64,000 nucleotides of DNA from an uncultured Bacteriovoracaceae bacterium (GTDB lineage Bacteria; Bdellovibrionota; Bacteriovoracia; Bacteriovoracales; Bacteriovoracaceae), in the NCBI GenBank assembly GCA_964012805.1, contig CAXGUD010000001.1, positions 1-64,000 on the forward strand, read 5' to 3'. Under the pieces are notes generated by a model, which did no database searches, was not told the origin of the DNA, and saw nothing but the letters and a program-made list of their open reading frames with translations. A program made the translations under genes and the position numbers. Shown piece after piece: positions 29,022 through 37,450 of this stretch (positions within the stretch are counted from its first letter, which is position 1; each line of letters begins with the position of its first letter).

Positions 29022-29368
29022 GAGACCGGATTCCATTATTTCGTGCCAAAAAATAAATATTTCAATGATTTTTATTGCCTTTTAAGCTTCTAAAGGTCCC
29101 TTTAAGGGGTTAATTATACTAATCAGCAGGTTTTAGCAAAGAGTTAAATATACTTTATTGAGTTATTTAATGGAGCTGCCTAACAGGCCATTTGTATTTA
29201 ATCGAGGACAACTTTCTTTTTTGTAAGCTTTTTTCAAACTGCACCAATAATGCACTTTCTTTTCAATTTCTGCACCTTCTTTTTCCCAATTTTTTTTTTA
29301 TATAACAATTTAGAATTATCTCATAGGGTGAGTAATACGTTTAGAGCCCTTGAAGGAGGTACTTTAAA

Positions 29369-29572
29369 ATGCAATATAAACTTGAAACTATTTTGAAAAA
29401 ATACAACATTGATGACATCACACATGGTATTGCCTACAATATTTCTGATCTTTCTCAGATCAAATATTGGGATAAGTCAGGAAAAGAGATTGTTGTCTCT
29501 TTTAATACCAGTGAACTATCTCCAGGTATTTTTTGTTTTAGAATTGCTGAGGGATCAATAACGATTCTTTAA
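29369..29572 (+). CDS. Small hypothetical protein
   Basis: 67 aa, strong GAAGGAGG RBS. Confidence 0.55.
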   Translation: MQYKLETILKKYNIDDITHGIAYNISDLSQIKYWDKSGKEIVVSFNTSELSPGIFCFRIAEGSITIL

Positions 29573-29584
29573 TGTTGAGAGGTT

Positions 29585-29770
29585 TTGATGAAAGGCGAAA
29601 ATAAGTGCGAGCCTAAAAAAGTCGTTATTTATTATGAGATTGAAGGCGAGGAAGGCTCAACTAAAAAAATGACTTGTAATATTGTTGGTGAGTTAGATAT
29701 GGATTTTATTATGTTCGCCTTACGAAAGTGGAGCAACAAGTCCGTCTATAAAAGTCATGAATTCCTATAG
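29585..29770 (+). CDS. Small hypothetical protein
   Basis: 61 aa, GAGAGG RBS, 12 bp after the previous ORF. Confidence 0.5.
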   Translation: MMKGENKCEPKKVVIYYEIEGEEGSTKKMTCNIVGELDMDFIMFALRKWSNKSVYKSHEFL

Positions 29771-29848
29771 GCCTCTTAAATAAATTATATTCGAAGATAA
29801 AAAATTAAATGCCGAGCCTTTCCTACCGTTAAGGAATGGGGGTAACGT

Positions 29849-31669
29849 TTGGCGGTAGATAGAAGTAATCAAAAAAAAATTTCCTTTGAAGAACTCATAA
29901 GCAATCACGGAATGGCTTCAATTCTTGCTGTTGATGACAATCAAAAAAATATACAAGTTATTGGTCAACTTCTAAAACATGCCACTTGGTGTTCACTATC
30001 TGTTTGTTTAGAAAGTCAAAAAGCTATAAAGTTGGCTGCAAAAATCCGTCCTGACATTATTCTTTTAGACCTTCATATGCCTAAACTTAATGGTATTGAT
30101 GTCTTGAAAAAATTAAATGAGATGGAAATATTGGAAACAAGTACAGTTATATTTTTAACGGCTGACAGAGAAATTGAAAACCGTCTGGAAGGTCTATCAC
30201 TTGGCTGCGCAGACTATATTCAAAAGCCATTTAATTCCGATGAATTTATTATTAAATTGAAGTACCACATAAAGATGAGGTATTATGAAAAAGAAATACT
30301 TAATACACTAAAGAACACGAATAACCTACTGGATAATATTAATCAAGCCATTTTTTCTATTAATAAAAATGGTGAAATAATTAATCCTATCTCTAATCAT
30401 TCAAAAGAAATTTTTGGTTCGAACATTGAACCTGGCATTCATATAAATTCATTCCTCCAAGGTAAATTTCAATTTTCAGAAGAGGAAATTAGATCTTTTT
30501 TAGAGCAACTTTTAAGTTCCTTTAAACAATCAAAAATAAATTGGACCGAGATAGAAAGAAGCTTTCCCAAAAAATTTTTATTAACTAGAAGTAGAGAAAA
30601 AATAAAAATACTTAAAATAAACTACTCATCTGTTTGGAATGGTGAACAGCTTGAAAACATTATCTTTTATTTTAACGACATAACAGACAAAGAAAAGGTA
30701 GAAGATGAATCGACTAAATATAGCCTTAGTCAAATTTCATCCCTAAGCAGCATTAACTTAGAAACCCTAAGAAGCTGGACAAAGAGGTTTCATATTAAAG
30801 GCGATTTTTCTCATGAAGAAAGTAAATTTCGCTTTTCAGGGAAAGAACTCAAAAAATTTCAGCTTTATAAGGAACTAATAGAAAAAGGGGAAAATATTGG
30901 TGCATTAGTTAAATTGAGTTATAAGGAACTTATAAAAAGAAAAAATTTTTTGACTGAAGAAAAATCCAGACCAATAAAAATGAATGAAAGCTCAATTAAA
31001 AGTTATGATCTAGTTAACACCCTTCACTTTTTTATGACACAAAAAAAATTTGATATTTTCCAAAGAGACTTTAATAAGCTTCCCACTATTTACAATCAAA
31101 GAGAGTTAGTTTTTGATATCATTCTTCCTTTTCTAAAATTAAGGAATAAGGATAGGTTTTGGAATAATTTTTCAGATGCAAAAAAAGACTTTTTAAATTT
31201 CTACCTTATAAAAAAAATAATAGAGTTTGCTGTACCTAAAAAAAGTATTCCCATAAATGAGGTTAAAAAAATATTTTTACTGGACTTTTTTCCCTCAAAC
31301 ACATCTTTAACTTGTCCCATTCTTTTACTTTTAGCTTCTTACCATAATTTTGAAACTTATTATATAAAAGAAAATATACTTAACCCTTCTTTTTTAAAAA
31401 TATTGAAAGAAGAAAAAGATTCAATAATTTTTCTTAATTTAGATAAGAAAGGATCTTTTGATGAAACAGAGTTCAATGCAATAAACAAAGACATCCTTAA
31501 CTCGTCTGCGTTAAAAAAGGCAGAAGTAATTCTCTTCAATAACCACCCCACAATCAAAATTGATAATGAAAAGAACCTTCACCTTAATGTTATTAATTCC
31601 TTTGAAGACGTTGACCAATTTTTTATAGACCTATCAAATGAAAAAGCGAAAATCAAAAGTGCAGCTTAG
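29849..31669 (+). CDS. Response regulator fused to PAS-like, MerR-HTH and degenerate B12-binding-like domains
   Basis: ILAVDDN…LLDLHMP…ADYIQKPF; LDNINQAIFSI PAS-like segment; YSLSQISSLSSINLETLRSWTKRF (MerR HTH); LVFDIILPFL helix then Rossmann-like C-terminus. Confidence 0.75.
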   Translation: MAVDRSNQKKISFEELISNHGMASILAVDDNQKNIQVIGQLLKHATWCSLSVCLESQKAIKLAAKIRPDIILLDLHMPKLNGIDVLKKLNEMEILETSTVIFLTADREIENRLEGLSLGCADYIQKPFNSDEFIIKLKYHIKMRYYEKEILNTLKNTNNLLDNINQAIFSINKNGEIINPISNHSKEIFGSNIEPGIHINSFLQGKFQFSEEEIRSFLEQLLSSFKQSKINWTEIERSFPKKFLLTRSREKIKILKINYSSVWNGEQLENIIFYFNDITDKEKVEDESTKYSLSQISSLSSINLETLRSWTKRFHIKGDFSHEESKFRFSGKELKKFQLYKELIEKGENIGALVKLSYKELIKRKNFLTEEKSRPIKMNESSIKSYDLVNTLHFFMTQKKFDIFQRDFNKLPTIYNQRELVFDIILPFLKLRNKDRFWNNFSDAKKDFLNFYLIKKIIEFAVPKKSIPINEVKKIFLLDFFPSNTSLTCPILLLLASYHNFETYYIKENILNPSFLKILKEEKDSIIFLNLDKKGSFDETEFNAINKDILNSSALKKAEVILFNNHPTIKIDNEKNLHLNVINSFEDVDQFFIDLSNEKAKIKSAA

Positions 31670-31748
31670 TCTTTTAAACAATGATAAAAATAGAAATACA
31701 ACTAAAGAGAGAAATCTCATTATATAAAAAGTACAAAAGAATCCTTAA

Positions 31749-32384
31749 TCACCTTAAAAAACCTAATCTTTTCAAAAGATTAAAAGTTAAGTGAGCAGTG
31801 ATCCCCCAAATTCTATTATCTTCGTAAAAAAACTCATATAAGGGGTATGAAATACCTTGAAATGTTCTTTCTGTTTTTAAAAAACGATCTTCATTTACAA
31901 GTTCTGATATAGGGGCCCTAAAAACTTTGTGAACTTCTCTTGGGTCTATTTTTACATTGTTCAAGTCGAAGGGACTTCTAAAGTAAGCAATTACTGGCGT
32001 TATAAAAAACCTGGAAATAAGAGAAGGGTAAAGGGGCAAGCTTCCAACAATTGTGAAGTTATTTCTTTCAATTCCCACCTCTTCATAGGTTTCTCTAAGG
32101 GCACAATCAAATGCCGACTCTCCTTCAGATTGTTTACCGCCTGGAAAGCTAATCTGTCCTTTATGAGATGGCATCTCATCAGTTCTTAATGTATAAAGGA
32201 TTTCAATATTTTCAATTTTTTCTACGACCTCAGGACAACTTAAACAAATGAGGACCGAAGCTGGCCTATGAGGGTTATTTTCAATATATGAGTCAACCGA
32301 ATCCTGGGCCTTACCTTTTTCAAAATAAGGTACTTCCTGATCTAAACCATTCTTAATAGCTTTTTCTAAAGTTGATCTATCCAA
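31749..32384 (-). CDS. Nudix CoA pyrophosphatase (NudL/PCD1 family)
   Basis: HKGQISFPGGK (NuCoA motif), ALRETYEEVG (Nudix box), IWGITA. Confidence 0.9.
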   Translation of the reverse strand: MDRSTLEKAIKNGLDQEVPYFEKGKAQDSVDSYIENNPHRPASVLICLSCPEVVEKIENIEILYTLRTDEMPSHKGQISFPGGKQSEGESAFDCALRETYEEVGIERNNFTIVGSLPLYPSLISRFFITPVIAYFRSPFDLNNVKIDPREVHKVFRAPISELVNEDRFLKTERTFQGISYPLYEFFYEDNRIWGITAHLTFNLLKRLGFLR

Positions 32385-32707
32385 AAAATATTTCCTTTAT
32401 TGTCTGTATTGTCTGTATTGTCTTGTCATTGCGGAAAAGCCCTACAGCTAATAAGGGTAAGACTGATTTATGGAATCTTTTTTAAATCCTTATCTAAAAA
32501 GCTTCGGTTAGTTTAACTTTAAAACTACCCCACCTTGTTTGAACTTACAACTCTCAAAGAAGCGCTAATTCCTTCATAGATTGTGCTTATCCATTAATTT
32601 ATTTATTAATTATTAGACAGATTCAATTTTTTTTTGGTTTAAGGAGGTTCAAATACTTTTTAACACTCAAACAAAGTTTTTATCTAAAACGGTATCGCTT
32701 TTTTTCA

Positions 32708-32920
32708 CTAATTTCTTTCTTCTTTCTTATAGGCGACGATTGTAAGGCCTGTCTTTTTTTCAAACTCTCTAATTAAGTCCAGATTATCTTCAGATAGTTG
32801 AGCTAGATCGTATTTCTTTTCAAAAGCAATCAGGCTTACACCAATTTTCTCCTCAAGATCTTTAAGCTCTGTAAACTGATTTGTATTTAATTTTGCAACT
32901 TTAAATTCGCTATCTCTCAT
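32708..32920 (-). CDS. Small protein with two copies of an approximately 30-aa repeat
   Basis: AKLNTNQFTELKDLEEKIGVSLIAF and AQLSEDNLDLIREFEKKTGLTIVAY; AGGAG RBS. Confidence 0.75.
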   Translation of the reverse strand: MRDSEFKVAKLNTNQFTELKDLEEKIGVSLIAFEKKYDLAQLSEDNLDLIREFEKKTGLTIVAYKKEERN

Positions 32921-33123
32921 TTTTTAACTCCTTTTGGCCTTCTATCGGTTATACCTATTCTTTTCCTGAGTCTTACAGTCACTTTTTTACCTTTTAGAAA
33001 TACTTATTTAATATTTTGGCCAATTCAATTATTTAACTTTAACCTTAGGATGAAAACATAAACAGTATTTTTTGTTTTAAATGCTTTTTGGGTTAAAAAA
33101 TAATCACTTAAAAGGATCCTATT

Positions 33124-33858
33124 TTGACAAAACTAAAAACTATCCCCCTGACAATCTTTCTGAGTTTAATCTGCAATACATTAAGCGCAAAAAGCTTTTT
33201 CCCTTCTATGATCCAAGTTAGTGGTACTTGTAAAAAAAAGGTGCCCACAAATAGGTCCAGGCTTCAAATATCTGTTGAAAACTATGGAAAAGAATTAAAT
33301 GATTTATACCAGAAAACAACCACCACATATAACTTATTATATAAAAGAATTAAGTCTCTCAAGCTTAAAAACTCAGAAATAGAAACGTCATCTTACCAAG
33401 TAAAAAAAGAGTTCGATTGGGTTAAAGGAAAAAAAATATTCCGTGGCTACAAAGTGGCCCTTTCAATCTCTGTATCCTCATCTGAAACTCAAAAAATGAC
33501 CACCATTATCCAAGAGGCAAACAAGCTAAAGATTTCTAACGTAAGGGGACTTCAACAGTTTGTCTCCGATGACATGATCATGAAAATTAAATCTGAGTGC
33601 CTAAAAAAAGCAGTCCTTGATGCCCAAACAAAAGCACTTTCCATGGCCAAGGCCCTAGGTAGAAAACTTGGCCAAAATTTTCGCCTTACTGAAGGAATAA
33701 AAGGCCCTAACTCTCCAGGACCTATGGCGAAGAGGTATGAGAAGCTTGAGATGTTTTCCATGCAGTCAATTTCAGGGAGGCAAGGTCAACCACCTGCCAT
33801 TGCTCAAGGACATAGAACATTTCACTTTTATGTAACAGGAGAGTTTGGAGTTCAATAA
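33124..33858 (+). CDS. SIMPL (DUF541) periplasmic protein
   Basis: Signal peptide; IQVSG, IETSSYQV, GYKV, LKKAVLDAQTKA..MAKALG. Confidence 0.85.
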   Translation: MTKLKTIPLTIFLSLICNTLSAKSFFPSMIQVSGTCKKKVPTNRSRLQISVENYGKELNDLYQKTTTTYNLLYKRIKSLKLKNSEIETSSYQVKKEFDWVKGKKIFRGYKVALSISVSSSETQKMTTIIQEANKLKISNVRGLQQFVSDDMIMKIKSECLKKAVLDAQTKALSMAKALGRKLGQNFRLTEGIKGPNSPGPMAKRYEKLEMFSMQSISGRQGQPPAIAQGHRTFHFYVTGEFGVQ

Positions 33859-33863
33859 GAAGG

Positions 33864-35666
33864 CTAACTCTGAATTTTATAGAGCTCCTCTACCTCTTTA
33901 GCAAACTTCATTAAAATAAATTTTCTTTTCAATTTCATTGTTGGAGTGAGCTCTCCTGTTGCGACGTCAAAGGGTTTTGCCAGAATAGTAAACTTTTTAA
34001 CTGTTTGTACCCTTGCCAAGCTTTTATTAACTCTTTCAATTTCCTCTTCAATGTACTTAACAAGCGTTGAATCCTTCGCATATTCATTGACATCACCTTT
34101 AGGTTCAATTCCCAATTTCTTAAGATGTTCATCTAAAGTTTCAGGGTTAAGAGTTACAAGCGCCGCCAGGAATTTTTTCTTATCCCCTACAACAACAGAG
34201 TGGCCTAAAATTTGGATTTGATTAATTTTCCCTTCTATCATTTGAGGTGCTATATTCTCACCACCCGCCGTAATTATGATGTCTTTTTTTCTATCTGTAA
34301 TAAAAAGAAACCCCTCTTCATCAATATGTCCAACATCCCCAGTATGAAGCCATCCTTTATTATCTAAGGCTCCATTCGTCGCTTTTTCATCTTTAAAATA
34401 ACCCAAAAATACATTGGCCCCTCGAATCAAGATTTCTCCATCTTTTGCAACATCAAGCTCAACGTGAGGAAGTCTAACACCAGCAGATCCTATTTTTGAC
34501 CTTTGAGGGGTCGAAAAAGTTGCCGTCCCTGCACACTCACTCATTCCAAATACCTCGTAGAGTGGAAGGCCTAAGCTAAGAAAAAACTCTAATGTCTCTT
34601 TGCTAATGGGTGCGGCCCCTGTTAGCTGGTATCTGCAGCGGTCAAGCCCTAAGGCCTTCCGAACCTTTTTAAAAACCAGACGGTCGGCAATATGGTAAGA
34701 GAAGGTTTTCGACAAACCTTTTTGAAAACGGTATCCATTTTTTAAGCCAACATTTTTGGCCCAAGTGACCAGTTTTTTGCGAAGCCCGCCTGAGCTGGCC
34801 CCTGCTTGGATCATCTTTTCCTGGATTTTTTCCCAAACTCTAGGCACTCCAAGAAAAAGTGTCGGCCTTACTTCTTTCAGGTTATCTGGCATTTTTTCCA
34901 TACTTTCAGCAAACCAAACACAGCCCCCCACAATAATAGAACCAATAATAGAAATCTCCTGCTCTGCCACATGACTCAAAGGCAGATAGCTTAAGATCGT
35001 CTCATTTGTATCTGTATAGAATTGGTCAATTGTTTTTCCCGTATTGTAGATAAGGTTTTTATGAGAAAGCATAACTCCTTTAGGCCTGGCCGTTGTCCCT
35101 GAAGTATAAACAAGAGTTGCTAGATCATCAGGCTTTTGAGCATCTATTCTTTTTTGGAGGTCTTCTTCTGGGAATTGTCTTCCCAAAGCCGGAAGATCTT
35201 CCCATGAGTAGACATTACTGGCCGAATCTTCACCATTCATTAAAATGATGGCCTTGAGTTGAGTAAGCTTCTTCTCAATCTTCTTAATTTTGTCTAATTG
35301 CTCCTGGTCCTCAACAACAATTATGCTCGACCCACTATGCTGGGCCAAAAAGAAACATTGGTCACTTGAGCTTGTGGTATAAATACCTACGGGGAAGCCC
35401 CCCCCAAAAATGGCCGCAAGGTCTGAGACTACCCATTGAACACAATTAAAACCAATAATTGAAACACCTTCGCCCTCTCTAAAGCCTAATTGACAGAATG
35501 CCCTTGCGACAATTTTCGTGAGTTCGTAATACTCTTTCCATGAAAGAGATTCCCAAGTACCATTTTTTTTGAAGCAAAGAGCATCGTTATGTATCCTTGT
35601 TTCAGCTGTTTTTTTCAGAAGTTCTGGTACCGTTAATTGATCAAGGATATTAAGATAATCCAGCAT
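33864..35666 (-). CDS. Long-chain fatty-acid-CoA ligase (AMP-binding)
   Basis: YTSGTTARPKG, YLPLSHVAE, FLGVPRVWEK, FGMSE, WLHTGD, DRKKD..ITAGGENI.P, ELTPTMKLKR. Confidence 0.92.
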   Translation of the reverse strand: MLDYLNILDQLTVPELLKKTAETRIHNDALCFKKNGTWESLSWKEYYELTKIVARAFCQLGFREGEGVSIIGFNCVQWVVSDLAAIFGGGFPVGIYTTSSSDQCFFLAQHSGSSIIVVEDQEQLDKIKKIEKKLTQLKAIILMNGEDSASNVYSWEDLPALGRQFPEEDLQKRIDAQKPDDLATLVYTSGTTARPKGVMLSHKNLIYNTGKTIDQFYTDTNETILSYLPLSHVAEQEISIIGSIIVGGCVWFAESMEKMPDNLKEVRPTLFLGVPRVWEKIQEKMIQAGASSGGLRKKLVTWAKNVGLKNGYRFQKGLSKTFSYHIADRLVFKKVRKALGLDRCRYQLTGAAPISKETLEFFLSLGLPLYEVFGMSECAGTATFSTPQRSKIGSAGVRLPHVELDVAKDGEILIRGANVFLGYFKDEKATNGALDNKGWLHTGDVGHIDEEGFLFITDRKKDIIITAGGENIAPQMIEGKINQIQILGHSVVVGDKKKFLAALVTLNPETLDEHLKKLGIEPKGDVNEYAKDSTLVKYIEEEIERVNKSLARVQTVKKFTILAKPFDVATGELTPTMKLKRKFILMKFAKEVEELYKIQS

Positions 35667-35750
35667 AAGTTCCCCTGGCCGTATCTATAAAGTTATTGTC
35701 CCTCTTACAAGGTTTTTTCAACTAATAGAATAATGCATTTTTAAAAAAAT

Positions 35751-36521
35751 TCACAGTCTTAGACCAAAACCTTTTTTCATTAAAGTTAAAGACGTGAACC
35801 ATAAAACGATGATTAAAACAGAAAGGAAAATAACCGCCGAAAAAACTGGGACATCAGTATAGTTTATGAACCCAAAACGGAAAGTATTAACGATATAAAG
35901 GATCGGATTGATCATAGAAAGGTTTTTCCAAAATGGAGGAAGAAAAGACAATGAATAAAAGACTCCTCCCAGGTAAGTTAATGGAATGAGTACAAAGGTT
36001 GGAACGATTGAAATATCATCAAAGCTTTTTGCATAAAGGGCATTGATAAAGCCAAGAAGCGAAAAAAGAATGGCCGTCAAAAACATGGTTCCAAAAACAA
36101 GAAAAGGTTTTTCTATGGATAAAGGTGCAAAGAATAGAGAAATCAGTGTTATTAAAATTCCTACGAGTACACCTCTTAAGACTCCTCCACTCAGGTAGCC
36201 GACTAAAATTGTTGAAGGATAAAGAGGAGATACAAGAAGCTCTTCAATACTTTTTTGAAACTTTGCTCCAAAAACACTGCCCACGACATTGGCATAAGAG
36301 TTTTGAATAATGGCCATCATAATAAGACCTGGAATAATAAAATTAATATAAGAGAAGCCCTCCATGTCCTTAATTTGCTTACCAATAAAATTGCCAAAAA
36401 TTAAAAAATAAAGTGTGATTGTTATAAGCGATGGAAGCAGAGTTTGGGTCCAAATTCTAAAAAGTCTCGAAGTTTCTTTTTTAAATATAGTTAAAAAACC
36501 AACCCATTGAGTTTTAATCAT
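35751..36521 (-). CDS. ABC-2 type permease (YadH-like)
   Basis: RIWTQTL.P, FIIPGLIMM, SIEELLVSP, PLTYLGGVFYS; start chosen at the ATG at 36521 overlapping the upstream stop. Confidence 0.9.
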   Translation of the reverse strand: MIKTQWVGFLTIFKKETSRLFRIWTQTLLPSLITITLYFLIFGNFIGKQIKDMEGFSYINFIIPGLIMMAIIQNSYANVVGSVFGAKFQKSIEELLVSPLYPSTILVGYLSGGVLRGVLVGILITLISLFFAPLSIEKPFLVFGTMFLTAILFSLLGFINALYAKSFDDISIVPTFVLIPLTYLGGVFYSLSFLPPFWKNLSMINPILYIVNTFRFGFINYTDVPVFSAVIFLSVLIIVLWFTSLTLMKKGFGLRL

Positions 36522-37446
36522 GTGTTTTTGAGCCCTCCACCAGGTTAACAAAAAGCTCCTCTAGCCTATTAACCTTGTTTTTTATCCTCTTAACCTTGAT
36601 ACCAGAAGAGGATAGAGTACTAAGAACATCACCAAGAATATCAGATTCTTTTAAATCAACCTCAATTATTTTTTGATTTATTACTCTGAAATCAAATGGA
36701 AAAGTCATTTCTTTAGGTTGAAACGCTTCACAATAGCAAACGTAAGTCTCTTTTTTCAACTTCTGAAGAAGAGATTGTGTTGTTCCATTCTCAATAATAT
36801 TCCCTTCATCAATAATCGCAATCTTTTTACATAAAGACTCTGCCTCCTCTAAATAATGAGTCGTCAGAATAATAGTAAGTCCTTCCTGATTTTGTTTGAG
36901 CATGAAATCCCACATAGATCTTCGCAAACTTATATCAACACCCGCAGTCGGCTCGTCAAGAACAAGGACTTTAGGTCCATGAACAAGCGCCCGAGCTATC
37001 ATTAAGCGCCTTTTCATTCCCCCCGAAAGCTGTCCAGAAGGTGTATGCATTTTATCTTCTAACCCTAGCAAACTCAGGAGAGTTTTAGACCTTTCTCTTG
37101 CCGGACTTTTCTCCATCCCATAAAAGCCACCTTGATTACTAACAATTTGAAAACATGTTTCAAAAATATTAAAATTAAACTCCTGAGGCACAACTCCTAT
37201 TTGCTTCCTCATTAAATAGGGATCTGTATCTAAATCAATTCCATGAACTTTGACCTCTCCACGGGTTTTATTAACAAGACCACAAATAATACCGATTAAA
37301 GTGGATTTTCCTGCACCATTTGGACCCAATAAGCCGAAAAAGTCTCCTTTCTCAATCTCTAAACTAACACTTTTAAGCGCTTCAATATCCGGCGGAAATA
37401 TTTTGTTAAGATCATTGATTCTTAATGCCATCTCTGAGTGATTCAT
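36514..37446 (-). CDS. ABC ATPase (YadG-like)
   Basis: GPNGAGKS, VPQEFNFN, LSGGMKRR, LDEPTAGVD, TTHYLEEAE. Confidence 0.92.
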   Translation of the reverse strand: MNHSEMALRINDLNKIFPPDIEALKSVSLEIEKGDFFGLLGPNGAGKSTLIGIICGLVNKTRGEVKVHGIDLDTDPYLMRKQIGVVPQEFNFNIFETCFQIVSNQGGFYGMEKSPARERSKTLLSLLGLEDKMHTPSGQLSGGMKRRLMIARALVHGPKVLVLDEPTAGVDISLRRSMWDFMLKQNQEGLTIILTTHYLEEAESLCKKIAIIDEGNIIENGTTQSLLQKLKKETYVCYCEAFQPKEMTFPFDFRVINQKIIEVDLKESDILGDVLSTLSSSGIKVKRIKNKVNRLEELFVNLVEGSKTHD

Positions 37447-37450
37447 TTGC

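Noticed and set aside
29035..29052. Sigma54-like TGGCACG on the minus strand
   Set aside because: It lacks the -12 GC and points into the 3' end of a plus-strand gene.
32398..32423. Short TATTGTCTG tandem repeat (about 3 copies) just upstream of the Nudix gene
   Set aside because: Too short and imperfect to support a functional claim.
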